Shown: positions 18,067 to 28,307 of the stretch, one piece after another | Position numbering within the stretch: the first letter of the stretch is position 1 | How the letters are laid out: each line of letters begins with the position of its first letter | The notes under the pieces: model-generated | What the model saw: the letters and a program-made list of their open reading frames with translations, nothing else | Databases searched by the model: none | What the model was told of the DNA's origin: nothing | Assembly (NCBI GenBank): GCA_007376135.1 | Contig: VMFR01000002.1 | Location: 92,870 to 156,869 of the forward strand | Origin: Parcubacteria group bacterium Gr01-1014_31 | GTDB lineage: Bacteria > Patescibacteriota > Patescibacteriia > Buchananbacterales > GWA2-38-13 | Length of the DNA stretch: 64,000 bases | Reading direction: 5' to 3' | Position numbers and translations under genes: made by a program

Positions 18067-18648
18067 CTACTTGGGCTTTACGCACGCCGCCCACTTCACG
18101 GTGCGCACCACGGTGGTTTCGTTGACCGTCTCGAAAACCACGTTCCCGCTGGCAGTCTCGATGAACCGGAAAAGATATTTATACCCCTCCGGTAACGAAC
18201 AGGCGACCGTGGTCGGCTCCACCTTGGGATTCGGCGCAGGAGCGAGGTTGACCACTTCCACGGTTGGACCGTTCAAGTTGATCCGACCTCGGTGATCGAC
18301 CTGGAAAACCTGGCAGACCAGGGCAAGACCGGTGAAATTACTGATGCCCCCATCCACCAAAATCATGGTGGGCTCCTCAGGCTTGGTGGCCTTGATCTGC
18401 TCGAGCTTGCGCTCGGCCAAATCGACGTCGCCCTCCTTGGCGTTGATGACCGCAGTTCGCGCGGCCGTCAGTTGGGAATTGTACTCCATCAACTCCGCCG
18501 CACGCATCGCCGTGATCGGGTCCGTTTCGCCAAACCACGCGTGAACCACGATCTTGGGATCGCGCTTGTCCTCCAACAACACATCGGAGGAACGGCAGCC
18601 GAACGCAGCGGCGAGCGGGAGGACAACCAACATCATCCGGTACGACAT
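18067..18648 (-). CDS. Hypothetical lipoprotein
   Basis: Lipobox-like LAAAFGC; AGGAG SD; own promoter TTGACA-17-TATCAT (18802-18774). Confidence 0.7.
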   Translation of the reverse strand: MSYRMMLVVLPLAAAFGCRSSDVLLEDKRDPKIVVHAWFGETDPITAMRAAELMEYNSQLTAARTAVINAKEGDVDLAERKLEQIKATKPEEPTMILVDGGISNFTGLALVCQVFQVDHRGRINLNGPTVEVVNLAPAPNPKVEPTTVACSLPEGYKYLFRFIETASGNVVFETVNETTVVRTVKWAACVKPK

Positions 18649-18921
18649 GTAAAGACTCCTGCCAGAAACTGGCGTTGTGGGACGCATTGTCCAAGGTTCA
18701 ACCGTATTAAGCCCCGGTGAAGGCTCCACAGCAGTGGAGAAAAGCCAAACATTGGCTTTTGACTTAAGATGTAATGATACCACAAATTGAAACTATTGTC
18801 AATATAATTAGCAATATTTGGCTTATTTTAGATGATTATAATCAATACTATATTACGCCCGCCAATGCTAATTCCCCTTGTTTCAGCCAACCCGGGAATC
18901 CTGTATAATGAACGTGGTATG

Positions 18922-19019
18922 CCCGGTAGTACAATGGATATACTGGGCAGAAGAGCGGTGCGGCAGTAATTAATTACGCTGGAACGCGAACACCAGTAAA
19001 CAACCATTGTCCTGCCGGG
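18922..19019. mobile_element. Inverted-repeat element family A, copy 1 (98 bp), at a pilin start codon
   Basis: TATG|CCCGGTAGTACAATGG...CCATTGTCCTGCCGGG|TATG. Confidence 0.75.
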
Positions 19020-19020
19020 T

Positions 19021-19431
19021 ATGCCCATCGCAGAGCGCGTCGCCGTCAAACTCGCCCAGCTCTCCCCCGATATTCGGGAGTCGCAAGGGCCGCTGTGGCG
19101 CGCGATAAAGAACCAGTACACCCCGTTCAACCTGTTCTTCGGCCCGCCCTCCGACCCGCGCGTCGTGGCGGCGCTGGTCATCAAGGGGTTCATGTCGCTG
19201 CTGGGCATCTTGTTTTTGCTCTACGTGGTGTACGCGGGGTTCATGTGGATGACGGCCAACGGCGACGAGGAAAGGATCCGCAAGGCGAAATCCACCATCA
19301 CCACCGGCGCATTCGGGGTGCTGGTCATCCTGGCGGCGTACTCCATCGCCCAGTTCATCACCACGGCGTTCGGCTGCGCGACCGCCACCTACGGCGAGTG
19401 GTGCCTTTTCTTCAACAACCTGACGTGGTAG
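19021..19431 (+). CDS. VirB2/TrbC-like pilin paralog
   Basis: YAGFMWMTANGDEERIRKAK. Confidence 0.85.
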   Translation: MPIAERVAVKLAQLSPDIRESQGPLWRAIKNQYTPFNLFFGPPSDPRVVAALVIKGFMSLLGILFLLYVVYAGFMWMTANGDEERIRKAKSTITTGAFGVLVILAAYSIAQFITTAFGCATATYGEWCLFFNNLTW

Positions 19432-19511
19432 CGCTGCCCCGCATTGCGCCCCCGGAACGCTCCGGGGGTATTTTTTTGTCTTCATCCACGGTAAGCTGAA
19501 CCCGCATCCTT

Positions 19512-21479
19512 ATGGCGACTCCCCCGCTGCTGCGAAACTGCCGCGACTCCCATGCCGGGCTCCTGCTCGCCGCTGCCGCCGCGCTCTGGCTGGCCGTGGT
19601 TTTTGTCGCCGCGCAGTGGAAGTACGCCAACCTCCGCTACACCGCGATGGACTTGGGCATCTTCACACAGGTCGTTGCCCGCAGCGCGGACGGCGATTGG
19701 TTTGGCAGCACCATCCACCCGCCGACGTACCTGGGCGACCACTTCAGCCCGGCGCTAGCCGTGCTCACGCTCCCCTACCGCCTGGTACCGTCGCCGCTGA
19801 CCTTGGTGTTCGCGCTGCAGCTTTCTTTGGCGTTGGGCGCCTGGCCGCTCTATCGTTTGGCGCGCACCGCCCTGCCGCCGCTGGGCGCGCTCGCCGTTGG
19901 CCTCGCCTACCTGCTTTCCCCGTTCACCCAGAACCTGGCGCTGTTTGAATTCCACTTCATCGCGTTCTCCGTGCCGGTCCTGCTCGCGGCGGCCAACACT
20001 TTTGCCAGAAAAAAACTGCCGGCGTTCTCCGGCTGGTGTTTGGCGGCCCTCCTCATCCGCGAGGACGTCGCGCTGGTGGTGCTCGGGTTCGCGGTGCTGG
20101 CGTTGCTCCAACGGCGGCCTTGGCGCTGGGTGCTCGTGCCCGGCGTGGCCGCCGCCGCCTGGCTGCCCGCGGCGCTAGTTATTATCCGCGCGGCCGGAGT
20201 AAGCGGCAGCTATAAATTTTTTGCCTACTACGCGTGGCTGGGCGACACGCCGGCAGCCATGCTGCAAACCATCTTCCTGCGGCCCTGGCGCTGGCTTGCC
20301 ATGCTGCTGCGGCCGCCAAACGTCATCACCGCGGCGGGACTGCTGTTGCCATTCGCGTTCCTGCCGCTGTTTTCCCCTGCCGCATTGGCGCTGGCCGCGC
20401 TTCCGGCGCTCCAAATGTTCCTGGGCGCGCCCGGCGGCGGCGACCTGGTGCTGCGCACCCAGTACAGCGCGCTGTTTTTGCCCGGGCTGTGGCTGGCGGC
20501 AATTTTGGCGATTCCCCGGCTGCCCCGCAGCAAACTGGCGGCGATCGTTGGTCGCCAGGGCGGACTGGCGATCGCGGTGGTAACGGCCGCCGTGGTCTAC
20601 GGCGGGCTGACGCTGGGGCCGCTGCCCGGCACCCTGCGGCTGATGGTCCGCCAAGGCTGGCAGCATGAGTCGGCACTGGCGCGACGCGCGCTGGCAGCCG
20701 CAATGCCCCAGACCGGCGGGGTTGCCGCCGCCTACCCTTTGTTGCCGCAGGTCGCCGGCCGCACCGCAACCGTCGCCAGTTTGAACTACGCGTTCATCGG
20801 CCGCCAGCAGCTCTCCACGCTCTCCTACGCGCTGCCCGCCGACATCGACTTCGTGCTGTTGGACGTGGAAGAATTCCTCACCTACCACCTGCAATACCGG
20901 ACGCACGTGCTATACCACGGCGACTATCCGACGGCCGCGGCCAACCTTCGCGCCGCGCTCGCAACCGGCAATTTCGGCATCACCCAGATAGCCGGTTCCA
21001 CCGTGCTGCTGGAACGGAACGCCTCCAGCACCCTGACGCTGGCAACCGTCCTGCCGGGAACCCCGGCGGACGTGCACGGAACTCCGCAGGAACTCGATGG
21101 CGGCGTGCGGTTCTTGGGCTACCGCGCAGGCCCGCCGGCGCCCGGGCCGATGCCGCCCGAACGCCAGCTGCCGCTGGTCCTGTACTGGTCCGTGAACAGC
21201 GTCCAGCCAACACCGCTCTACTGGCAGATGCTGGCAGACGGCAAACCCTGGGGCGCACTGCAGCCCCTCGGGAACGGCGTGCTGCCGGTCACGGACTGGC
21301 CCCAGTCCGCGGTCGTGGAAACCAGCACCTGGCTATGGCGGCCGACCGCTTCGACGCTGGCGCTGCAGGTGGTCGCCGTGAATTCCGGCGGGCTGTTCCT
21401 CGCCCTTGACCTTGCCTCCGAACTGCGGGTCACCAAAATGACGCCCGTGGGCGAACCGATACCTTTGGATGACCTGTGA
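19512..21479 (+). CDS. DUF2079-like multi-TM protein (GT-C fold)
   Basis: DLGIFTQ, LGDHFSP, FEFH, REDV, TQYS motifs. Confidence 0.82.
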   Translation: MATPPLLRNCRDSHAGLLLAAAAALWLAVVFVAAQWKYANLRYTAMDLGIFTQVVARSADGDWFGSTIHPPTYLGDHFSPALAVLTLPYRLVPSPLTLVFALQLSLALGAWPLYRLARTALPPLGALAVGLAYLLSPFTQNLALFEFHFIAFSVPVLLAAANTFARKKLPAFSGWCLAALLIREDVALVVLGFAVLALLQRRPWRWVLVPGVAAAAWLPAALVIIRAAGVSGSYKFFAYYAWLGDTPAAMLQTIFLRPWRWLAMLLRPPNVITAAGLLLPFAFLPLFSPAALALAALPALQMFLGAPGGGDLVLRTQYSALFLPGLWLAAILAIPRLPRSKLAAIVGRQGGLAIAVVTAAVVYGGLTLGPLPGTLRLMVRQGWQHESALARRALAAAMPQTGGVAAAYPLLPQVAGRTATVASLNYAFIGRQQLSTLSYALPADIDFVLLDVEEFLTYHLQYRTHVLYHGDYPTAAANLRAALATGNFGITQIAGSTVLLERNASSTLTLATVLPGTPADVHGTPQELDGGVRFLGYRAGPPAPGPMPPERQLPLVLYWSVNSVQPTPLYWQMLADGKPWGALQPLGNGVLPVTDWPQSAVVETSTWLWRPTASTLALQVVAVNSGGLFLALDLASELRVTKMTPVGEPIPLDDL

Positions 21480-21497
21480 GCACGGCGGTGACGCAAT

Positions 21498-21524
21498 AAA
21501 AAAACCGGCGCCAGCCGGTTTTTT
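21498..21524. terminator. Bidirectional terminator between convergent genes
   Basis: AAAAAACCGGC-gcca-GCCGGTTTTTT. Confidence 0.8.
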
Positions 21525-21536
21525 TCGTGTCGGAGT

Positions 21537-23153
21537 TCACTCGGCGACCCGGAACATCGTTCCGGCGGAATTTGCGAACACGGGGATCAACCCGGGAACG
21601 GTATCGGGCGGAACGGCCGCGGCGGCGCGGTCCAGAAATCCGTACCAGACGTACCGTGCGCCCGTACGCTTGAGCAGCGCGGCCCGAAAGGCTGGGTCGG
21701 AGGAAGTGTAGAATTGCTCCACCACCGGACGCTTGGCCGCGCTGTTGATGGTCTCGTCGCCGTGGCCATAGTACTGGGTCCTCGCGGTGTACGCTCCCAG
21801 CCACATCCCGCTGTCGTGGGCAGCCAAGATAATCTCCCCCGGTCGGATGTGTCCGTGCACCCAGTCGGCGGCGGCAAAAAAATCATCCGGGAAATAGTAG
21901 GAGGCGGGAAACTTCCGGTAGTACTGCAGGTCGCGGGCGGCAATGCCCAGCGGCGAACCCAGCAGCACGGCGGCGGCCAGAACTGCGGCGACGCTCACGC
22001 CCAGCCACCCGCCGCGCCGCATGACCCAGCGGAATACGGTAACGGCGGCCGGAGCGGCAATGATACTCAACGGGAACAACAGCCCCTGCAGGTAGCGCGC
22101 CTGGAATTGGCTGGGTAAGAGGGCCAGTACCGTGGCGGCGGCGAGCCACGCGCCGGCCCACCAGCGATGCGTGGTGGTCCGCGAAAAATACGTTCGCGCG
22201 CCGAACACGGCCAGCACCGCCACTGCGCCGAGCCCTACCAGGACATAGGGCAACGGCGGCAAGCGCGAAATGTTCTGCAGCGCCCGCGCGGCCGATACCG
22301 GGTCAACGGCCAGCAGCCACGCGTGATATACAAGCGAGCCGGCGACCGCCAGGAACAACGGCAGCAAATAGGGTGTTGCGGCCAGCGGCGCGCGACGCTC
22401 GTTGCGCCAGCGCAGCAGCAGCCAGCCGACGGGGACTGCCAACAGCGTCGGCCAATGGTAGGGATGAAAATTCAACAGCACCGCCGCGGCAATACCCGCG
22501 CTCCAGCCGGCGCGCCACGACCACTGCTCCGCGGCGCGAGCGGCAAGCAGCAGGGTACCGACCAAAAGCGCCCACGAAGCCACCAGGTGCGGCGACGATC
22601 CTAAACTGAGTATGGGCGAACTCCACGGCAGCCACAGGTCCAGGGGCCAGCGGTAACCCGCCCCGCGCTCAAGGTACTCGGCAGTGGGCAGGAACGGCGT
22701 GGCCCAGATGCCCACACCGCCCGATAGCGTGAGTGCGAACGCGGCCACGCGTTCCCACCGGTCGGTGAGGAACCACGCGATGCCGCGATACAGCACCGCC
22801 AGCAGCACCACACCCAGCAGCACGCGGCTGGCGTGGAAAGTCGCCGCAGGCGTGAGGCGAAACAACCGCCCCGCGGCGCCCAGCGCCAGCCACAGCACGT
22901 TCAATGTGCCGACCGGCTGAGGCTCGGCGGTAAAAATGTCGCGCAGCGTCAAGTTGCCATCCTCTATTTGGCGCAGGTAGCTGTAATAAACCGGCGGGTC
23001 GGCGGGCATGAGCGTCCGTACCCCGATGAAACGCGTGCCCGCAGGTGTTTGCAAAAATCCGTAGAGCAGCGACCCGTTGGCAACGATCAGCGCCAGCGCG
23101 CCGATGGCTACGGCGGCCCAAGCAAAACGATGCGGGGTGGCAACAGCAGACAT
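21537..23153 (-). CDS. Multi-TM putative GT-C glycosyltransferase
   Basis: D..VYYSYLRQ, DLW, FHPY, GH..ETI motifs; paralog of the next gene. Confidence 0.7.
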   Translation of the reverse strand: MSAVATPHRFAWAAVAIGALALIVANGSLLYGFLQTPAGTRFIGVRTLMPADPPVYYSYLRQIEDGNLTLRDIFTAEPQPVGTLNVLWLALGAAGRLFRLTPAATFHASRVLLGVVLLAVLYRGIAWFLTDRWERVAAFALTLSGGVGIWATPFLPTAEYLERGAGYRWPLDLWLPWSSPILSLGSSPHLVASWALLVGTLLLAARAAEQWSWRAGWSAGIAAAVLLNFHPYHWPTLLAVPVGWLLLRWRNERRAPLAATPYLLPLFLAVAGSLVYHAWLLAVDPVSAARALQNISRLPPLPYVLVGLGAVAVLAVFGARTYFSRTTTHRWWAGAWLAAATVLALLPSQFQARYLQGLLFPLSIIAAPAAVTVFRWVMRRGGWLGVSVAAVLAAAVLLGSPLGIAARDLQYYRKFPASYYFPDDFFAAADWVHGHIRPGEIILAAHDSGMWLGAYTARTQYYGHGDETINSAAKRPVVEQFYTSSDPAFRAALLKRTGARYVWYGFLDRAAAAVPPDTVPGLIPVFANSAGTMFRVAE

Positions 23154-23160
23154 AGAAATA

Positions 23161-24801
23161 CTATTGCTGCGCCACGCGGTAAAGACGCACCGAGCCGTTA
23201 TCGTACACGCGGGTCAACTGCGGCAGCGCCTCCAGACCGGACCAATCATTGCCGACCTCGCGCGGGCCGGCGAACACGTGCGTCACTCCGTACCGGCGCA
23301 GCCAGGAGAGCTGCTGTTCCGGATTACGTGCCTGGAAAAACCACAGAAGAGCGACGCGCTTGGCCTCATCATCCAGCGTTTCAATGCCGTGGCCCGCAAC
23401 GACGCGTCGGCCGATGCGTCCTGGGATCAGATAACTCGTCAACGGGTGGGCGGCAATGACCGACGTTGCGCCCGTCATCGGGCGCAACGCAGTGATCGCT
23501 GCCAACTGGTCGCGTGGCCAGAACATCAGCTCGTGGCGTTCCCACATTAACCCGAGCTCGTTGGCAAGATTCGTCATAGGGGTGAAGCCAAAGAGCAGCA
23601 CGAACGCGACGGCGGGCAGCATCGGCAATATCCGGAGGGCTGCGGGGACGCCCGGCCACCGCTTGCTCATCCACGCCCAGACCGGAGGAAAACCGTAGAC
23701 CGACAGCAGCACCAGTGGCAACTGCAAACCGGTCAGGAGCCGGCGCTGAAAATCAAGGTTTGGAAAAAATACCAAGGTCAGCTGGGCAAAGAGCCAGATA
23801 CCGCACAACAACCACGGCAGTTGGCGCCACTCGCCAGTCCGACGGAGCCGCCAAAGCCCGGCTGCCGCACCGGGTACGAGCCAGCCGTAACCGATAATCA
23901 TCAAATACCAGGCTGGCGTGTACGCGACGTTCTGCGCCGCTCGGCCAGCAGTGACCGGGTCTACTCGCAACGCGTACGTATAGTAGGCGAGCACCGGCGC
24001 GGCCGCCATACCGACCAACACCACCTGCCGCACCACATCACCGCGCCAGCGACGGCTGACCAGCGAGACGGCTACGGCCCACGCTGACAATATCACGGCC
24101 ACGGTCGGCACGTGGAACGGGTGGAAACTGAACAGCCCCAACGCCGAGGCGGCGGCGACCGCTACCCAGCGCCAACGGGAATCCCGCGCGCCAACCAGCG
24201 TGGCCGAAAAAATAACTGCCATGAGCGTTACCGCGGCCAGCATGTGACCGGAATGCATCGCCGACAGAAAGACGTTGGATTCCGCGACCCACAGGTCCGG
24301 AGGCCAATGGTAGTACCCCCACTGATAAGGACCGGGGTGCAAGAACGGCAACAGGTAACCCGACCAGCCGCCGGCGAATACCGCCAGCAGCAGTGTCCAG
24401 CGCCGCTGGTCCGGCGTCAACGGGAATTGCCGGATCAACCACCACAGCGCTGCCAGCGTGAGTGGGATCATCGCGAGCCGCACGAGGTGGAACGTCAGGG
24501 AAACGGGTAATTGCAGCGAGGCTCCCAGCAGACCGGCGCCGCTCCAGAATGTATTGAGCATGGGGACCGCGGCGAGTTCCGTCGTATAGAGGTCCGTCAA
24601 CGCAAGATTGCCATCGCGCGCTTGCCACAGATACGACCAGTACACGTAGGTATCCCCGGAGGCGAACCCATGCAACCCAAGGTAACCAAGTTGGGGCGTT
24701 GCGCGCAGCCAGCCCAGCACGTACGGCAGGCTGGAAAGTACTGCCAGCGTAACGGCGACGCCAAGCAGGAAACGGCGATCAGACCATCTCTCCGAGAGCA
24801 T
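23161..24801 (-). CDS. Multi-TM putative GT-C glycosyltransferase
   Basis: DTYVYWSYLWQ, DLW, FHPF, GHGIETL; start MLSERW at 24801. Confidence 0.7.
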   Translation of the reverse strand: MLSERWSDRRFLLGVAVTLAVLSSLPYVLGWLRATPQLGYLGLHGFASGDTYVYWSYLWQARDGNLALTDLYTTELAAVPMLNTFWSGAGLLGASLQLPVSLTFHLVRLAMIPLTLAALWWLIRQFPLTPDQRRWTLLLAVFAGGWSGYLLPFLHPGPYQWGYYHWPPDLWVAESNVFLSAMHSGHMLAAVTLMAVIFSATLVGARDSRWRWVAVAAASALGLFSFHPFHVPTVAVILSAWAVAVSLVSRRWRGDVVRQVVLVGMAAAPVLAYYTYALRVDPVTAGRAAQNVAYTPAWYLMIIGYGWLVPGAAAGLWRLRRTGEWRQLPWLLCGIWLFAQLTLVFFPNLDFQRRLLTGLQLPLVLLSVYGFPPVWAWMSKRWPGVPAALRILPMLPAVAFVLLFGFTPMTNLANELGLMWERHELMFWPRDQLAAITALRPMTGATSVIAAHPLTSYLIPGRIGRRVVAGHGIETLDDEAKRVALLWFFQARNPEQQLSWLRRYGVTHVFAGPREVGNDWSGLEALPQLTRVYDNGSVRLYRVAQQ

Positions 24802-24816
24802 AGAAAATGGTGGGGT

Positions 24817-24895
24817 GTAAAACGTAAAGCGTGAAACCTGCAACGCAAATACACCGTACGCGTTCCACGTTTCAGGTTCCAGGTTCCACGCTCTG
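24817..24895. repeat. Heptamer-periodic inverted repeat
   Basis: gtaaaac gtaaagc gtgaaac ctgcaac ... gttccac gtttcag gttccag gttccac. Confidence 0.7.
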
Positions 24896-25669
24896 GGGCC
24901 GCTCCGACCGCAAGTGCCACACTTTCCAAAACGCCTCCACCATGATGGCAAGGTTGAACTTGGATTTGCCGTGTCGGCGCTCGGTGAAGGTGATGGGTAC
25001 CTCCGTCACGCGGTAACCGTGCCAGACCGCGCGGGCGGTCGTCTCGATCTGAAAATTATATCCCACGGAACTCAAATGGCCGTGAGTGATTGCCTCCAGC
25101 GCCTGGCGCCGGTAGGCCTTGAACCCGCCGGTCAGGTCGCGAATTCTCAGCCCCAGGACCGTTCGGGCATACCAATTGCCGAACCGACTGATGCTGCGGC
25201 GTAAAAACCCCCAGTTGACGATGCTGCCGCCGCGCACGTAGCGCGAGCCCAGCGCGACGTCGGCTCCCTGCTGCAGCGCGGAGATCAGCACGGGAATGAC
25301 CGCCGGGTCGTGGGAAAAATCCGCATCCATCTGCACGACCACGGATACATGCTGCAGGAGCGCCCAGCGGAAACCGTCCACGTACGCGGTCCCTAATCCC
25401 CCCTTGCCGGCACGATGCAGCACGTGGAGTTCGGACTGCCGCGCGGCAAGCTCATCGGCGAGCCTGCCGGTGCCATCCGGCGAATGATCGTCCACGACCA
25501 ATACCCGAAGGTTGGAAATTCCCAGCCCAAAAATCTGGCGCAGGAGCGGCTCCAGATTGCCGCGCTCGTTGTAGGTCGGGATGACCACGCACACGAGCGG
25601 GTGGACAGACGGACTATGAGCGATGTCTCTCTCGCGGGGTCCTCCAACGGAAATAAAATTAGTAGGCAT
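24872..25669 (-). CDS. Polyprenol monophosphomannose synthase-like GT2
   Basis: IPTYNE, DDHSPDGTG, QMDADFSH, GSRY, DLTGGFK. Confidence 0.92.
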   Translation of the reverse strand: MPTNFISVGGPRERDIAHSPSVHPLVCVVIPTYNERGNLEPLLRQIFGLGISNLRVLVVDDHSPDGTGRLADELAARQSELHVLHRAGKGGLGTAYVDGFRWALLQHVSVVVQMDADFSHDPAVIPVLISALQQGADVALGSRYVRGGSIVNWGFLRRSISRFGNWYARTVLGLRIRDLTGGFKAYRRQALEAITHGHLSSVGYNFQIETTARAVWHGYRVTEVPITFTERRHGKSKFNLAIMVEAFWKVWHLRSERPQSVEPGT

Positions 25670-26990
25670 ATAACCGCATAATCATCCACATACCATAAAA
25701 TCCGCTAATAGTGAAAAAACCCGTACCGCCCACGAGCAGCCAGCGGCCCCAATCCGCACGGCGGAAAGCAAGCTGCCAACCAGACATCAGCAGGATGAGT
25801 GCCGCGACAATGAGCGGCATCAGGTAGCGGCCGTCCGGCTGGTGCAACACCGCAAAGTTATGACGCACCACGGCGGCAAAGAGGGCAAGGCACGCCGCCA
25901 GTGCCGAACCCAGTAACCAACGCCGCGACCGTCCCTCCGGAGAATCGACGCCGGGAGTGCGACGAAAGAGAAAACGCACAAACCCAGCACACCCGCCCAC
26001 GACGAATAAAAGATACCAAGAAAGGAACGGCGAGGGAAAAACGATATCATAACTATAGGCGTTAAAGCTGCTGAAGAATATCTGCCCGAAAAAACCCATC
26101 CAGTGCAACGGCTGCCGCCAGTCCAAATGAACGATCGGGTATGTTGACCCGACGCGCAACCCCGACTGGACAGCCTCGATGAAGGAATAGTCGGGCGGCA
26201 CCCAAGCGATGCCACTGCCGACCAATATCGGAATGAATGCGCGGCCATAGGTGAGGTACTGATGCACGTAAAACGCCGTCGGCACCAGGAGCCAAACGGC
26301 AACCGCAGCGGCGATCGGCCCGGCCACGGAACGGCCGCGCGTCATCAGCAACCAGAGGCAATACCCGGCCGCCAGAATATAGCCACTATAACCGTTCTCA
26401 CGGCCGAGGAACACGAGTCCCAGCGCCGCGCCAAGCGCAACGGATGTGCCCCAATGCAATGTCCCGCGGCGATGCGCGAGACTTAGGACGTACAGTACCA
26501 CGGTCACCGCGAATATCGTGAAGGCGTCGGAGTTCAAATAAGTCCCCAGTCCAAGCACTTTGGGGTGGAGCGCCACCAGCGTCGCGAGCGTGGCGGCGTG
26601 CAGCGGTTTATCGGGCCAAAGATTACGTACTATGAAGTACGCAACCACGATGGTCATGGCACCAAGGAACGCCGATCCGAAACGGATCTTGACGAACAAC
26701 GGCAAGCCACCGGGAAAGGCATGCGCAACCCAGGCGTTCAGACGATAGCCAAAAATCGGTTTCACCACGAAATGCGGCACCCAACCCTCCTGCCCATATC
26801 GCGGAGCATGATTCTTCTGGTACAACTCGGTCATCACCTGATAACGGTACCGCTCGTCCGGACCGGCATCGAATGGTAACGCTAGGGCGAGAGAAAACCG
26901 CAATGCTAACGACGTAACCACTACAGCCGCCAGCCACCACCGCGCGAGCACCAGCGGCGGAAACGGCAGCAATTTGGAAATACTAGCCAT
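25659..26990 (-). CDS. ArnT/PMT-like GT-C glycosyltransferase
   Basis: PFDAGPDE, YLNSD, QPDGRYL; many TM helices. Confidence 0.75.
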   Translation of the reverse strand: MASISKLLPFPPLVLARWWLAAVVVTSLALRFSLALALPFDAGPDERYRYQVMTELYQKNHAPRYGQEGWVPHFVVKPIFGYRLNAWVAHAFPGGLPLFVKIRFGSAFLGAMTIVVAYFIVRNLWPDKPLHAATLATLVALHPKVLGLGTYLNSDAFTIFAVTVVLYVLSLAHRRGTLHWGTSVALGAALGLVFLGRENGYSGYILAAGYCLWLLMTRGRSVAGPIAAAVAVWLLVPTAFYVHQYLTYGRAFIPILVGSGIAWVPPDYSFIEAVQSGLRVGSTYPIVHLDWRQPLHWMGFFGQIFFSSFNAYSYDIVFPSPFLSWYLLFVVGGCAGFVRFLFRRTPGVDSPEGRSRRWLLGSALAACLALFAAVVRHNFAVLHQPDGRYLMPLIVAALILLMSGWQLAFRRADWGRWLLVGGTGFFTISGFYGMWMIMRLYAY

Positions 26991-28302
26991 AGAACGTCAA
27001 TAATTTCCAAAAGCTATACCCACCACTCATAATAACAAAGCTCACACCGAACGCCACCCAAAATCCTCGCGACTTTCCCAATATCGCCGAATACCAACCC
27101 ATGACTCCCCACACGGCACCCGGGACCGCCAACGGCAGAAGGTATCGGCCCTGAGGTTGAAAGATGACAGAAAAATTATGCCGCAGGACCGCGGCCGCGA
27201 GCGTAAGGATGGCGACAATGGAACCAGCGAGCAACCAACGTCGATGGTCAACGCCGCCGACGGATAGAGACGCGGGTAGCGAAGACAGCCGGCGCCAGCC
27301 GGCAACACTCGCACCCACCATCAGTACGAAAAGTGCATACCAATGGAACGGCAGCCAGATATCCATATAGCCGAAGAGCCCGAAGGCGCTGGGCACCAGC
27401 CATGCTCCAAAGATGGCCCAATGCTTTGGGTTGGACCAGATCAAGTGGAACACCGGGTAATCGAACCCTCCTACTGGCAGGCGGGCAAAGGCATCGGCCA
27501 CCGACCAGCCCGGCGGCACCCAGGCAACGCCACTCCCCCCCAACAACGGCAAGAAGGCATGGCCGTAGACCGACTGCTGCTGCGCGTAGAACAGCACGGG
27601 GAACGCCAGCGCCACCACGGCGGCCGCGAGCAGTTCGCAGCGGTAACGACGCCTCTGCGCAATGAACGGCAGGAGTGCAGCGGCGGCCAGCAGGAATCCA
27701 GCGTACCCGTTCTCACGCCCGAGGAACACCAGCCCCAGCGCCCCGCCGATGCCCACGGCCAGCGGCAGCCTTAGGCGACCGTCGCGGATCGCCAGCGCCA
27801 GCAGCCAGAATAACAGCGCATTCGCGGCGATAGTATACGCGTCGGCGTTCAAATACGAAGAAAGGAAAACCAGCTGCGGGTAGAACGCCAGCACCGCAGC
27901 GATCGCCAGGGCGCGCCCCGCGGAGGCAGGCCACAGCGCCCGCGCTGCAGCATACCCGGCCACGACGGCGGCAACGCCTGCCAGCACCGACCCGAGGCGC
28001 AATTTGATATAGAGCGGCAGCGCCAGAGGGACGAAGTGTGCGGCCAGCGCATTCAGCCGGTAGGCCAGCATCGGTTTCACGACGTAGTGGTGCCAGGTCT
28101 CCGTGCCGTACCTGGGCGTACGGCCCGTCGCATAGATCTGCGCGGTGACCGGATACCGACGCCGTTCGTCGGGACCGCCATCATAGGGCAAGACCAGCGC
28201 CAGCGCCAACCGCAGCAGCAGCGCGGCGGCCACCAGTGTCGCCACCAGCCAACGCGCCGTCGTTGCCGTCGGCGCAGGCGCGAAATAAGACGCGGCGACC
28301 AT
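26983..28302 (-). CDS. ArnT/PMT-like GT-C glycosyltransferase (paralog of the previous gene)
   Basis: PYDGGPDE, YLNAD, QPQGRYL; start at 28302. Confidence 0.75.
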   Translation of the reverse strand: MVAASYFAPAPTATTARWLVATLVAAALLLRLALALVLPYDGGPDERRRYPVTAQIYATGRTPRYGTETWHHYVVKPMLAYRLNALAAHFVPLALPLYIKLRLGSVLAGVAAVVAGYAAARALWPASAGRALAIAAVLAFYPQLVFLSSYLNADAYTIAANALLFWLLALAIRDGRLRLPLAVGIGGALGLVFLGRENGYAGFLLAAAALLPFIAQRRRYRCELLAAAVVALAFPVLFYAQQQSVYGHAFLPLLGGSGVAWVPPGWSVADAFARLPVGGFDYPVFHLIWSNPKHWAIFGAWLVPSAFGLFGYMDIWLPFHWYALFVLMVGASVAGWRRLSSLPASLSVGGVDHRRWLLAGSIVAILTLAAAVLRHNFSVIFQPQGRYLLPLAVPGAVWGVMGWYSAILGKSRGFWVAFGVSFVIMSGGYSFWKLLTFYG

Positions 28303-28307
28303 ACGAT

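Noticed and set aside
18919-19020. Family A element read as an in-frame N-terminal extension of the pilin
   Set aside because: The upstream ATG is in frame but meets a TAA within the loop; in the smc copy the upstream ATG is out of frame.
14198-19431. CRISPR-, DGR- or integron-like interpretation of the repeated pilin motifs
   Set aside because: The similarity is coding-level paralogy. I saw no identical spaced repeats, reverse transcriptase, template repeat or attC-like ends.
27951-27960. CATACCCGG resembling a family A right arm on the minus strand
   Set aside because: Lies inside a CDS (Ala-Gly-Tyr-Ala codons), with no remaining arm sequence and no partner arm.
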